From assembly GCA_036735985.1 (NCBI GenBank), contig DAINNH010000003.1, positions 35,297 through 99,296 on the forward strand: DNA of 64,000 bases, given 5' to 3'. Both the position numbers and the translations under genes were made by a program. The notes under the pieces are model-generated. The model worked only from the letters and a program-made list of their open reading frames with translations, had not been told where the DNA came from and searched no databases. Shown here in pieces: positions 18,511 through 28,249 of this stretch (within the stretch, counting starts at the first letter, position 1; each line of letters starts with the position of its first letter). This stretch comes from Candidatus Alectryobacillus sp. (lineage in GTDB: Bacteria; Bacillota_I; Bacilli_A; RFN20; CAG-826).

Positions 18511-20400
18511 ATGCAAGTAAAAACTGGACGTCGCACACGTGCAAATGTAAAAGCTAGCGACGGAAAAGGCACATTTAAACGCATGTTAAAACAATTTAAA
18601 CCTCAATTGCCAATTATTATTTTTGTTATTGTTCTTTCTTCAATTAGCTCTATTATCTATATTATTGCTCCAATCTTTTTACGTAATTTCTTAGATGCTT
18701 CATTTACATTTAATGCCAATAATGAGTCAGCTTTGTTCTTTATGACCTTAAATCAATCTAACCAATATATCGTAAATTTACATTGGGATTATTTCTTTAT
18801 ACAATTTGGAATTTTAGTGGGTTTATACTCATTAAGTGCTATCTTAAGTTTACTTTGCCAATGGCTGTCTGTAAAAATTGGTACTGATTATTCATATAAT
18901 GAGCGTAAAGTCATAAAAGATAAAATTGATAGATTGCCTTTATCTTACTTCGATAAAATTCCATATGGTGATACTTTATCGACAGGAACTAATGATGTTG
19001 ATAACATTTCACGTAACTTGCAAAGCATTATCGATCAAGTATTTTCAAGCGTAATCTTATTTGCTGGTACTTTTATTGCCATGTTTGTAGTAGAGTGGCG
19101 TATGGCTTTAGTAGCTTTAGCAAGTCTTCCTTTAACTATTTTAGATGTCTTTTTTATAAGTAAATTCTCTAAAACTCAATTTAAGTCTTATCGTGACCAA
19201 TTAGGTATCCTTAACGGCAAAATAGAAGAAAATTATTCAGGATTTAAGATTATTAAATTATTTTCTAAAGAAACGGACACTATTAATAACTTTAACGAAA
19301 CTAATAAAATAATGACCAAAAATGATAAATTATCACAATTTTTATCTGGAATAATTTATCCATCCACTAACTTTATTAACAACTTATCTTATGTTGGCGT
19401 CGCCGTTGTTGGTGGACTTATTAATGAACCAGCTAGTATGCTTGTTTTCTTTATTTTCTTAAGATTATTCACTCTACCATTTCAACAATTAGGTCAAATT
19501 GTAAACATTATTCAATCGGTTTTGGCTTCACAAGAAAGAATATACAATCTTCTTGATGAACCTGAATCTATTCCTGATGATGAAGATGCAATTGCTTCTG
19601 AAGAAATGATTAAAGGTAACTATTTATTTGATAATGTATCATTCTCTTACGAAGCTTCTAAGCCATTAATTGAGAACATGAATCTCAAAATTAATCAAGG
19701 AGATATGATAGCTATCGTAGGACCTACGGGTGCTGGTAAAACAACATTAGTTAATTTACTAATGCGTTTCTATGAAATAAATAGTGGAACAATTAGCCTC
19801 GATGGCGTCGATATTCGCCACTATAAACGTAATGCTTTAAGAGGAGCTGTAGGAATGGTTTTACAAGATACTTGGCTCTTTAAAGGAACCGTCCGTGACA
19901 ATATTAAATACGGTAATCCTGAAGCTAGTGATGAAGAAATGATTGAGGCTTGCAGAGAGGCTCATGCTGATCACTTCATCGATACATTCAGTAATGGTTA
20001 TGACTTTATGTTGAATGAATCAGGAACAAATATTTCACAAGGTCAAAGACAACTTCTCACTATCGCTCGTGCTATCTTGTCAAAACCAAAGATTTTAATT
20101 CTTGATGAAGCAACATCTTCTGTTGATACACGAACTGAAAAGGCGATTCAAGATGCGCTTGATGAAGTTATGAAGGGACGAACTTCATTTGTCATTGCTC
20201 ATCGATTATCTACAATTAAAAATGCTAAAAATATTCTCGTTATGAATAAAGGCAAAATAATCGAATCCGGAACACATGAAGAGCTGTTAAGGAAGAACGG
20301 ATTCTATGCTGAACTATATAATGCACAATTCCTTGGCACAATTAACGATGACAACCAGAATGGTACTAAACCGGTTGATAATATTGTTTTGAACTCTTAA
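18511..20400 (+). CDS. ABC exporter half-transporter (TMD-NBD), consensus-site subunit
   Basis: Starts at the ATG at 18511 after GAAGGAGG. Walker A is GPTGAGKTT, Walker B is ILILDEATSSVD, and the signature is the atypical ISQGQRQ. The ORF-track TTG start at 18427 is rejected. Confidence 0.9.
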   Translation: MQVKTGRRTRANVKASDGKGTFKRMLKQFKPQLPIIIFVIVLSSISSIIYIIAPIFLRNFLDASFTFNANNESALFFMTLNQSNQYIVNLHWDYFFIQFGILVGLYSLSAILSLLCQWLSVKIGTDYSYNERKVIKDKIDRLPLSYFDKIPYGDTLSTGTNDVDNISRNLQSIIDQVFSSVILFAGTFIAMFVVEWRMALVALASLPLTILDVFFISKFSKTQFKSYRDQLGILNGKIEENYSGFKIIKLFSKETDTINNFNETNKIMTKNDKLSQFLSGIIYPSTNFINNLSYVGVAVVGGLINEPASMLVFFIFLRLFTLPFQQLGQIVNIIQSVLASQERIYNLLDEPESIPDDEDAIASEEMIKGNYLFDNVSFSYEASKPLIENMNLKINQGDMIAIVGPTGAGKTTLVNLLMRFYEINSGTISLDGVDIRHYKRNALRGAVGMVLQDTWLFKGTVRDNIKYGNPEASDEEMIEACREAHADHFIDTFSNGYDFMLNESGTNISQGQRQLLTIARAILSKPKILILDEATSSVDTRTEKAIQDALDEVMKGRTSFVIAHRLSTIKNAKNILVMNKGKIIESGTHEELLRKNGFYAELYNAQFLGTINDDNQNGTKPVDNIVLNS

Positions 20401-20410
20401 TATAAAATTA

Positions 20411-20435
20411 AAAGTCTGCGTTCTGCAGACTTTTT
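20411..20435 (+). terminator. rho-independent terminator after the ABC operon
   Basis: Stem GTCTGC (20414-20419) / GCAGAC (20425-20430), flanked by AAA and TTTTT. Confidence 0.75.
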
Positions 20436-20467
20436 AAATATAGTTTTTTAATTTATAAAGGAACGGC

Positions 20468-21601
20468 TTAGATTTTCGTTGCTGTTTTTTTATTATAAAC
20501 AGATATCGCGATTATATTTTCTTCTTTGGTTCCGCCAGCATGAGTTGAAATAAATGGCTCATGATTATCGCGAGAATGATTATAAACAAAATATTTGTTT
20601 TTAGTCGCAATTAACATAAAGTCACCAAGTATATTTTCAAAACCATTAAAGTTTTCGCCAAAACCAAACAAATGTTTCTTTAAAATGTACTTTTTAGTTA
20701 CAAGAACAAAGTCATTTTTAAAATATTTTTTGTAACATTGAATAAACTCTTTCTCTTTACCAGGTTTTACTTTAAAGGCTGCAGCACGTGCCTCAACAAC
20801 AAAGCAACGATCTAATGTTTCAAAGAAATCTGGAAAATCGCTGCAATAAATTGGCTGCACAAGAATATGTGAATGATCTGCAATCGTAAAAAATAATGTA
20901 TCAGGATTATTATCAGCCAATTCCTGCATTTTATCGTTTAATTTCTTGGCTAAATTCTTAACTGTTTGTGAGGCAGACCCATAAGCGTGTAATGAATGGT
21001 CTGGCTCCATTGAGTAACAATAAATAAAGCCTTCATTCATGTTCTTAATAGCAGCGTCTGTGCGAGTAAACAACTCATCAACACTTTGAGCATCGCTTGG
21101 ATCAGTATCTAAAAATCTTACTTGATCAGTTGTTACTGTAGGATTTTTTTCTTTAATTAATTCGAAAATACTCTTAAATGGGTATAGTCCAAAACAAACA
21201 TTGTTAATTGAAACTTTTTTCTTTGTAATATAGTCGCGAGATGTGAACATCTCAACAACTTGATTTAAACCATCAACATATGTTGTCCAACCTATCCAAC
21301 CAGTTTCGCAAGGATATTTGCCACTTAATAATGCTGTTGTAGCAGCAACAGTTGTTGGCGGAAAAGTTGACGACATTAACATGTAGCGGTTCTTTATAAT
21401 ACTGTCATCTTTATTTAGTGTGCGGTTTTGAATCGCCTCACCATTTCCATCTAACAAGACTACACATATTTTTTTCTTATTTTTAATTAATGTATCAATT
21501 TCAGGAATAGTATTATGGAATGGTTTAACGCCAAATCTCTTTAAAATAGAATTCGAAAAATTAACAATAGATGTGTCTTTGTTATAACTATAAAATTTCA
21601 T
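20468..21601 (-). CDS. alkaline-phosphatase-superfamily enzyme (type I phosphodiesterase / nucleotide pyrophosphatase-like)
   Basis: 377 aa. By-eye motifs are VVLLDGNG, FPPTTVAATTALLSG (Thr nucleophile region), EPDHSLHAYG, IADHSH and THAGG. Confidence 0.65.
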   Translation of the reverse strand: MKFYSYNKDTSIVNFSNSILKRFGVKPFHNTIPEIDTLIKNKKKICVVLLDGNGEAIQNRTLNKDDSIIKNRYMLMSSTFPPTTVAATTALLSGKYPCETGWIGWTTYVDGLNQVVEMFTSRDYITKKKVSINNVCFGLYPFKSIFELIKEKNPTVTTDQVRFLDTDPSDAQSVDELFTRTDAAIKNMNEGFIYCYSMEPDHSLHAYGSASQTVKNLAKKLNDKMQELADNNPDTLFFTIADHSHILVQPIYCSDFPDFFETLDRCFVVEARAAAFKVKPGKEKEFIQCYKKYFKNDFVLVTKKYILKKHLFGFGENFNGFENILGDFMLIATKNKYFVYNHSRDNHEPFISTHAGGTKEENIIAISVYNKKTATKI

Positions 21602-23144
21602 TAGAAGAATACTCCTTTAATTCTGCGTATATACGATTCAAACGAGGAAATATACTTCTATAAATTGCTTTATATAAATACTCATACTTCTTTACGTTCT
21701 CTGGATTTGGCAAATATTCTTTTTCATATTTAACCATTTTTTCAGCTGCCGCTTTTTCGTTTTCGTAAGTGCCTTCGAAAACAAAACCAGCCATCGCCGC
21801 TCCAAGAGTTGAAGTTTCAGTTGTTTGAACTCTTTTAACTTTTAGATTAAATATATCAGCTGTTATTTGACAAATAACATCGTTAGTTGCGCCCCCGCCG
21901 GAGACAACTAGATATTTTATCTTTTTCTTTGTCGTATGTCTAATAGAATCTAATCCTTCACGTAAAGCAAAACAAATTCCTTCAATGATGGCTTTATATA
22001 AGTGGTACTTTGAATGCGCATCAGAAAAGCCAACAATAGAACCCCTTGCTAAAGGACGCTTCAAACCAGGTCCCCAATAAGGTTGTAAAAGTAAACCATT
22101 TGATCCTGGTTCAATATCTTTAATTTTATTATCAAAAATTTCCTCAACGGAAACACCCAACTTTTTAGCTTCATCAATCTCGTCTGTAGCAAAGTTTTTA
22201 ATAAACCAAGTCAACATCCAATACCCACGATAAATTTGAACTTCCAAATTATATACACCTTGATAACATCCTAAATAACCTGGTAAAAACTTTTCAGGCT
22301 CGCCATATTTTTTGCGTGGAACATCAATAGTGCAGGCCGTACCAAACGAAATCGTTGCTGTAGTTGAATCAAGACAACCGTTACCAAAAGTTTCACAAGA
22401 CTTATCTGTTCCACAAGCATACATTATTGTTCCTTCTGGAATTCCGGTCTCAAATGATGAGGTTTTGTTGATTTTTCCCATAATTGTCCCTTGTGGAACG
22501 ATTTTACAAAGTTGATCTTTACGGACCCCAAAAACCTCAAATTTAGGATGCCAAGTTGGTAACCATTCACCTTTTTTAAAATCAACCGGAAAATGACCAG
22601 TGCAATTCGCTGAGGAATCGCAGAGATTTCCCGTAAATCTATATGTAATATATGCTGTTAATGGAACATAATACTTAATTTTATTCCAATTATCTGGTTC
22701 GTTTTCTTGCAACCAATTCGCCGGTGTTCTTTTTCTATTATAAATAACAGTATCACGCATGCCGACAAGAGCAAAAATTAATGTATTGTACCATTTTAAT
22801 TTCTTAGTTAATTTAGCATTTCGTTGATCAAGCCATAAGATGGTTGGTCGAACCGCTTTGTAATTTTCATCAAGAAGGGCCGCAGAGTCTCTAAACATAG
22901 TAATTGTTAGAGATTTGCAGGCCTTTACGATATCTTTGTTGTTCTCAGAAAGTCTTTTTGTTGCTTTGCAAAGTTCGTTATAGTAGAAATCAGGTTCTTG
23001 TTCACAATAACCAAATTTTGGTGAAAAGTATGGTTCTTCATATTTTTCTTTTTCGAGTGCTACTATATTCCCTTCAGTATCTACAATAGCTGCTCTTAAA
23101 GATTGCGTCCCAATATCTATTACTAATATATATTTTTTATCCAT
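21588..23144 (-). CDS. FGGY-family carbohydrate kinase
   Basis: 518 aa with N-terminal ILVIDIGTQSLRAAIVD and C-terminal VVSGGGATND motifs. SD GAGGAAAG is present. Overlaps the downstream gene by 14 nt. Confidence 0.85.
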   Translation of the reverse strand: MDKKYILVIDIGTQSLRAAIVDTEGNIVALEKEKYEEPYFSPKFGYCEQEPDFYYNELCKATKRLSENNKDIVKACKSLTITMFRDSAALLDENYKAVRPTILWLDQRNAKLTKKLKWYNTLIFALVGMRDTVIYNRKRTPANWLQENEPDNWNKIKYYVPLTAYITYRFTGNLCDSSANCTGHFPVDFKKGEWLPTWHPKFEVFGVRKDQLCKIVPQGTIMGKINKTSSFETGIPEGTIMYACGTDKSCETFGNGCLDSTTATISFGTACTIDVPRKKYGEPEKFLPGYLGCYQGVYNLEVQIYRGYWMLTWFIKNFATDEIDEAKKLGVSVEEIFDNKIKDIEPGSNGLLLQPYWGPGLKRPLARGSIVGFSDAHSKYHLYKAIIEGICFALREGLDSIRHTTKKKIKYLVVSGGGATNDVICQITADIFNLKVKRVQTTETSTLGAAMAGFVFEGTYENEKAAAEKMVKYEKEYLPNPENVKKYEYLYKAIYRSIFPRLNRIYAELKEYSSNEIL

Positions 23145-23238
23145 AAAACTTTCCTCAGTATAAATATTTTATCTCAAAACACCAACATTTGTTAAAAACT
23201 TTATATTTCGCCACTAATAGTTAAAATTTTTGTGTTAT

Positions 23239-23267
23239 TTCACAACAAATTAAATAATATCTATGAT
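23239..23267 (+). promoter_or_regulatory. putative ppdK promoter
   Basis: TTCACA (23239-23244), a 17-nt spacer, then TATGAT (23262-23267). About 40 nt of leader precedes AAGGAGG and the ATG at 23314. Confidence 0.4.
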
Positions 23268-23313
23268 ATTATTATTAATGCTGTTAAGCGCAAAAATGCC
23301 AAGGAGGATATAT

Positions 23314-25959
23314 ATGGCAGAGAAGAAATATGTATATCACTTTGCTCAAGCCTATGGATTAGGTAAAGAGTTATTAGGTGGTAAAGGCGCAGGCTTAGCT
23401 GAGATGACACACATTGGTGTCCCAGTCCCACAAGGATTCACAATCACAACTGAAGCTTGTACTTTATATTATGAAAACGGAAAGAAACTTCCTGAATTCT
23501 TAGTTAAAGATATTTATAAACATCTTGAAGAATTAGAGAAAGAAACCGGTAAAACATTCGGTGGCGATCATAACCCACTACTTGTCTCTGTTAGATCTGG
23601 TGCTAGAGTCTCTATGCCAGGTATGATGGATACAATTTTAAACTTAGGTTTAAATGATAAAACTGTTGAAGTTTTAGCAAAAGAAACAGAAAACCCAAGA
23701 TTTGCTTACGATTCATATCGTAGATTTATTTTAATGTTCACAAACATTGCCAAAGGTCACCCACGTGATCAAATGGATAAGATGCTTGAAGAAATTAAGG
23801 CAAAGAAAGGTTATAAATTTGACTACGAAGTAACCGCTGAAGAATTAAAGGGTTTAATTGTTAAATTTAAAGAATATTACAAATCAGTATTTAATGAACC
23901 ATTCCCACAAGAACCAAAAGTTCAATTAATCGAAGCAGTTACTGCTGTCTTTAGATCATGGGATAATCCAAGAGCTAACAAATATCGTGAAATGTATTCA
24001 ATTCCATATTCATGGGGAACTGCCGTTAACGTTCAATCAATGGTTTTCGGTAATAAAGGTGAAACATCTGGTACAGGTGTTGCTTTCTCAAGATCTCCAT
24101 CTACAGGTGAAAAGAAAATTTTTGCTGAATATTTACCAAACGCTCAGGGCGAAGATGTCGTTGCTGGTGTCCGTACTCCTCTTCACATTGAAGAACTTAA
24201 GGAAAGAATGCCAGAAGTTTATTCTCAATTTGTTAAAACAATTGAGACAATGGAATCACACTATCACGATATGCAAGATATGGAATACACAGTTGAATCT
24301 GGTAAACTCTATTTCTTACAAACACGTAATGGTAAGAGAACGGCTGCTGCTGCTTTAAAGATTGCTTGGGATTTAGTTGATGAAGGCAAGATTAGTGAAG
24401 AAGATGCCGTTTTAATGGTTGAACCTCGCGCTCTTGATTCATTACTCCACCCAACATTTGATCTTGAAGCTTTAAAAGCTGTTAAACCAATCGCTATTGG
24501 TTTACCTGCTTCTCCAGGTGCTGCTGTTGGTAAAATTTCCTTCAGTGCTAAAGAAGCTGAAAATAGACATAAAAATGGTGAAAAGGTCGTTCTTGTAAGA
24601 GCTGAAACTTCTCCAGAAGATATTGAAGGTATGGTTGCCGCTGAAGGTATCCTTACTATGCGTGGTGGTATGACTTCACACGCTGCAGTTGTTGCTCGTG
24701 GTATGGGTAAATGCTGTGTTTCTGGTTGTTCATCAATTAGTGTTGATGAAGAAGCTAGAAAAGTCATTGTTAATGGTAAAGAATATGGTGAAAACGATAT
24801 CTTATCCCTTAATGGTTCAACTGGTGATGTCTATGAAGGTGCCCAAAAGATGGTTCCTGCTGACATTTCATCTGGTTATTTCGCTCGTATGATGGCTGCT
24901 GCTGATAAGTATCGTAGATTACTTGTCCGTGCAAACGCAGATATTCCACGTGATGCTAAGCAAGCTGCTATATTCGGTGCTCAAGGCATTGGTCTCTGCC
25001 GTACTGAACATATGTTCTTCGACAAGGACAGAATCTTCCACATGAGAAAGATGATTCTTTCTGAAAAAGTAGAAGATAGAATTGCGGCATTAAACGAACT
25101 TCTTCCATATCAAGAAGATGATTTCTATGGCTTATATATGGCCATGAATGGCTTAAATGTCAACGTTCGTTTACTTGACCCACCTTTACACGAATTCTTA
25201 CCAACCGAAGAAGACAAGATTGAAGAGCTTGCAAAAGCTATGAATATGTCTGTCGAACACGTTAAGACTCGTATTGCTTACTTACACGAATTTAACCCAA
25301 TGATGGGTCATAGAGGCTGCCGTCTTGATGTCTCTTATCCTGAAATTGGTAGAATGCAAGCTACTGCAATTATTAAAGCTGCTTTAAGAGCTCAAAAAGA
25401 TTTAAAGAAGCCATTACATCCAGAAATTATGATTCCATTAACTCTTGATTTAAATGAATTCAAGTTCGTTAAGAAGATCATTACTGATGTAGCTGATAAG
25501 ATTATTGCTGAATCTGGTGAAAAACTTGATTACCATGTTGGTACAATGATCGAAATCCCACGTGCTGCTTTACTTGCTGGCGAAATTGCTACCGAAGCTG
25601 AATTCTTCTCATTCGGTACTAACGACTTAACTCAAATGACATTTGGTTTCTCACGTGATGATGCTGGTAAATTCTTACCTGATTATTACGCCAATAAGAT
25701 CTTTGAACAAGATCCATTCCAACATGTCGATACAAAAGGTGTCGGTAAATTAATTAAGATGGCCGTTGCTGATGGCAGAGCTGCAAATCCTAACTTACAC
25801 GTTGGTGTTTGCGGTGAACATGGTGGCGATCCATTATCAATTTCATTCTTTAACGAAGCTGGCTTAGACTATGTTTCTTGCTCTCCATTTAGAGTCCCAG
25901 TTGCTAGATTAGCTGCTGCACAAGCTTCTATTCTTCAAAAGAGAAACGCTAAGAAGTAG
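23314..25959 (+). CDS. ppdK: pyruvate, phosphate dikinase
   Basis: Starts MAEKKYVYHF..GGKGAGLAEM. The phospho-His region GGMTSHAAVVARG and the PEP-utilizer C-domain motif GICRTEHMF are present. The start at 23314 follows AAGGAGG. The ORF-track start at 23263 is rejected. Confidence 0.95.
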   Translation: MAEKKYVYHFAQAYGLGKELLGGKGAGLAEMTHIGVPVPQGFTITTEACTLYYENGKKLPEFLVKDIYKHLEELEKETGKTFGGDHNPLLVSVRSGARVSMPGMMDTILNLGLNDKTVEVLAKETENPRFAYDSYRRFILMFTNIAKGHPRDQMDKMLEEIKAKKGYKFDYEVTAEELKGLIVKFKEYYKSVFNEPFPQEPKVQLIEAVTAVFRSWDNPRANKYREMYSIPYSWGTAVNVQSMVFGNKGETSGTGVAFSRSPSTGEKKIFAEYLPNAQGEDVVAGVRTPLHIEELKERMPEVYSQFVKTIETMESHYHDMQDMEYTVESGKLYFLQTRNGKRTAAAALKIAWDLVDEGKISEEDAVLMVEPRALDSLLHPTFDLEALKAVKPIAIGLPASPGAAVGKISFSAKEAENRHKNGEKVVLVRAETSPEDIEGMVAAEGILTMRGGMTSHAAVVARGMGKCCVSGCSSISVDEEARKVIVNGKEYGENDILSLNGSTGDVYEGAQKMVPADISSGYFARMMAAADKYRRLLVRANADIPRDAKQAAIFGAQGIGLCRTEHMFFDKDRIFHMRKMILSEKVEDRIAALNELLPYQEDDFYGLYMAMNGLNVNVRLLDPPLHEFLPTEEDKIEELAKAMNMSVEHVKTRIAYLHEFNPMMGHRGCRLDVSYPEIGRMQATAIIKAALRAQKDLKKPLHPEIMIPLTLDLNEFKFVKKIITDVADKIIAESGEKLDYHVGTMIEIPRAALLAGEIATEAEFFSFGTNDLTQMTFGFSRDDAGKFLPDYYANKIFEQDPFQHVDTKGVGKLIKMAVADGRAANPNLHVGVCGEHGGDPLSISFFNEAGLDYVSCSPFRVPVARLAAAQASILQKRNAKK

Positions 25960-25977
25960 TTCTTATTAAATTAAATT

Positions 25978-26013
25978 AAAAGACCTTTGTCTTTATGACA
26001 ATGGTCTTTTTTT
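25978..26013 (+). terminator. rho-independent terminator after ppdK
   Basis: Hairpin AGACCtTTGTC (25981-25991) / GACAAtGGTCT (25997-26007), followed by TTTTTT. Confidence 0.75.
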
Positions 26014-26067
26014 AAAAAATATTGTTTTTAAAGGCCTTAAATTTTTAAAATCTAAGGCCATTTTATT

Positions 26068-26916
26068 TTAAATTATCTTAGTAAGTTCAACAGTATAATG
26101 GAGATCATAATATTTTTCCATTAACTTATATAACTCTTTTTTGTTGCGCGATAGCACAAATATTGCACTTCCCGAACCTGTCATTTGAACCATTTTATAA
26201 CCTTCAGATTTAACTTGGGAAATAATATCATCGATTTGTGGCAATAATTTTGTTGAAGCTAGTGTTAAAGCATTATTCATACTTGAAGATAACAAATCGT
26301 CATTACCGTCTTTAAGGGCAGAAATAACATCATCAATGTTTGTATTCACAATTTTATTTTTATCACATTCTTTATAAACTTCTTCAGTAGACAATCCTAA
26401 ACGCGGCTTAATAATCAAAACAAAATATTTAGTATAGCTCTCTAAAAATTCGAGTTTCTCGCCTTTACCAGTGCAGCGTGCACCACGATTAAACAAACAG
26501 AAAGGAATATCACATCCAATTTGTGTGCCAATTTCATAAAGATCATGTTCAGTTACTTCTAGCTTTAACATTTTTATAATGGCATTAATGACAGCGGCTG
26601 CATCGCTACTTCCGCCTGCCAAACCGGCAGCAACTGGAATTCTTTTATATATTTTTACTCTAAAATTTTGTTTAAAATTAAACTTTTTTCTTAATGCTTC
26701 AATGCTTTCTTTAACAACGTCATATTTGACACTTGAAAGATCAAACATATCACAAGTGATAAATGTTTCTTCGGCGTTTGGAGGTAAGATGGTTACTTCA
26801 ATACTATCATGTAAATCGATAGGAAGCATAACCATATCCACTTCATGAAATCCTTCATCATTTTTACCTAAAATATTTAATGCTACATTAATTTTTGCAT
26901 AAGCTTTAGTCATCAT
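26068..26916 (-). CDS. ispE: 4-diphosphocytidyl-2-C-methyl-D-erythritol kinase homologue (GHMP kinase)
   Basis: Starts MTKAYAKINVALNILGK, with the GHMP motif PVAAGLAGGSSDAAA. Conserved rsmA-ispE context of Firmicutes. Confidence 0.85.
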   Translation of the reverse strand: MMTKAYAKINVALNILGKNDEGFHEVDMVMLPIDLHDSIEVTILPPNAEETFITCDMFDLSSVKYDVVKESIEALRKKFNFKQNFRVKIYKRIPVAAGLAGGSSDAAAVINAIIKMLKLEVTEHDLYEIGTQIGCDIPFCLFNRGARCTGKGEKLEFLESYTKYFVLIIKPRLGLSTEEVYKECDKNKIVNTNIDDVISALKDGNDDLLSSSMNNALTLASTKLLPQIDDIISQVKSEGYKMVQMTGSGSAIFVLSRNKKELYKLMEKYYDLHYTVELTKII

Positions 26917-26931
26917 ACTATCAATTTCCTC

Positions 26932-27702
26932 TTAAAGATTATAATCTTTAATAAACTTTAAATAAAGACTAATAAACTCATTATCTGAAAGTGTCTCTGA
27001 ACGCGTATTTTTATCAATATTTAGTTCTGTTAATACTTTATTAACATTTTCTTTACTGTATTTCGCCAACAGATTATTTTGAATATTTTTTCGACGTGAA
27101 GAAAATAAAATAAGTAAGAAATAGTAGAGTTTTTTAACATCAACCTCCGAATAAACATCTTTCCTTCTTAAAGTAAAAACGATTGAATCAACGTTTGGTT
27201 TTGGTTCAAAGTTGTCTTTTGAAACATTGAGCATTAAATGATAATCATAAAATATTCGAAGAATAATTGATAATGGTGTAACTTCTTCTCTTTTTGAAGC
27301 CACAACTATTCTTTCAAAAGCTTCTTTTTGTATCATAAAAACAATTTCTTTACATCTACTCGCGTCTTTAACTATTTTAACTAAAAGTTCAGTGGTAATG
27401 TTGTATGGAATATTACCGATTATGCCATCGTATAAAGAGAGATCCGTTTTCATAATATTAGAATTAATTATTTTTAAATTAGGCCACCTTGCATGAATTG
27501 AGGAAGCTAGGTCATTATCAATTTCTACAACTGTAAAATTAGCATAAACAGGTTCAAGATATTTAGTTAAAGCGCCTTGCCCTGGTCCAATTTCAAGAAC
27601 GTTTGAATTTTTATCCACATTTAAAAAACTTGCAATTGATTTACAAATATTTTCGTTTTTTAAAAAGTTTTGTCCAAATCTTTTAAGTGCTTTATGCTCC
27701 AT
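26932..27702 (-). CDS. rsmA: 16S rRNA (adenine1518/1519-N6)-dimethyltransferase
   Basis: FGQNFL motif and SAM site LEIGPGQGALT. The ATG at 27702 is preferred. The ORF-track start at 27723 is a TTG inside rnmV. Confidence 0.9.
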   Translation of the reverse strand: MEHKALKRFGQNFLKNENICKSIASFLNVDKNSNVLEIGPGQGALTKYLEPVYANFTVVEIDNDLASSIHARWPNLKIINSNIMKTDLSLYDGIIGNIPYNITTELLVKIVKDASRCKEIVFMIQKEAFERIVVASKREEVTPLSIILRIFYDYHLMLNVSKDNFEPKPNVDSIVFTLRRKDVYSEVDVKKLYYFLLILFSSRRKNIQNNLLAKYSKENVNKVLTELNIDKNTRSETLSDNEFISLYLKFIKDYNL

Positions 27703-28249
27703 ATTCTTTCTTATATTCCTCAACTAAAGATATAAAATAATCATCTTTTATATTTAGTTCATTAAGTCTATCAAAAAATCGTTTCGAATTACATACATCT
27801 ATACCAATTTTGTCAGAAATATAATTTCTTAATTTTTGATTGTAAATTCCCAAATAACCATGATCAGCAATAAAATTTAAGTCAAAAGTCTTTTTTGTGT
27901 TTTTATCAAATGATTTAATATTTTCTAAAGCATGTAAAACTTCTACTTGTGTTGATTCGGCTACACCAACTTTGTGATGTTTTATTGAGAATTCTTTACG
28001 CACAAATACATGCATAGCGTTCGGAACGACCTCTGCAACTGCATCACGTATTTTCTTGCCAGGAAAGTCAGGATCCGTAAGGATAATAATTTGTTTTTCC
28101 AAAGATAATTTTGCTATCGTTTTTAATGTTTTTTTACTAATTTCAGAACCGTTTGTGATTATAAAATTTGTATCCAAAAACGTGGAAAGAAAAGCGACAT
28201 CTGTCTTGCCCTCAACAACAAAAACCGAATTCATCAAATTCTTTTTCAT
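27692..28249 (-). CDS. rnmV: ribonuclease M5 (Toprim domain)
   Basis: 185 aa with VFVVEGKTD and ILTDPDFPG Toprim motifs, in the tatD-rnmV-rsmA order. Confidence 0.85.
   Translation of the reverse strand: MKKNLMNSVFVVEGKTDVAFLSTFLDTNFIITNGSEISKKTLKTIAKLSLEKQIIILTDPDFPGKKIRDAVAEVVPNAMHVFVRKEFSIKHHKVGVAESTQVEVLHALENIKSFDKNTKKTFDLNFIADHGYLGIYNQKLRNYISDKIGIDVCNSKRFFDRLNELNIKDDYFISLVEEYKKEYGA

Noticed and set aside
23230-23245. TTGTG-N6-CACAA dyad upstream of ppdK, considered as a CRP/FNR-type or cre site.
   Set aside because: The half-site spacing (TGTG-N6-CACA, 14 bp) does not fit the 16-bp TGTGA-N6-TCACA consensus. It does not match the cre consensus either. The arms are only 5 bp, so chance is likely.
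24309-24767. 152-aa ORF antisense to ppdK, plus the same-strand out-of-frame ORFs at 23987-24358 and 24689-24892.
   Set aside because: These are shadow ORFs produced by the strong codon bias of ppdK. They lie entirely inside a well-supported gene. The Ala/Ser/Pro-rich translation has no start context or SD.
26068-26916. Considered flagging ispE as an orphan MEP-pathway gene.
   Set aside because: The presence or absence of the remaining MEP genes cannot be judged from this window. The rsmA-ispE pairing is the normal Firmicute arrangement.
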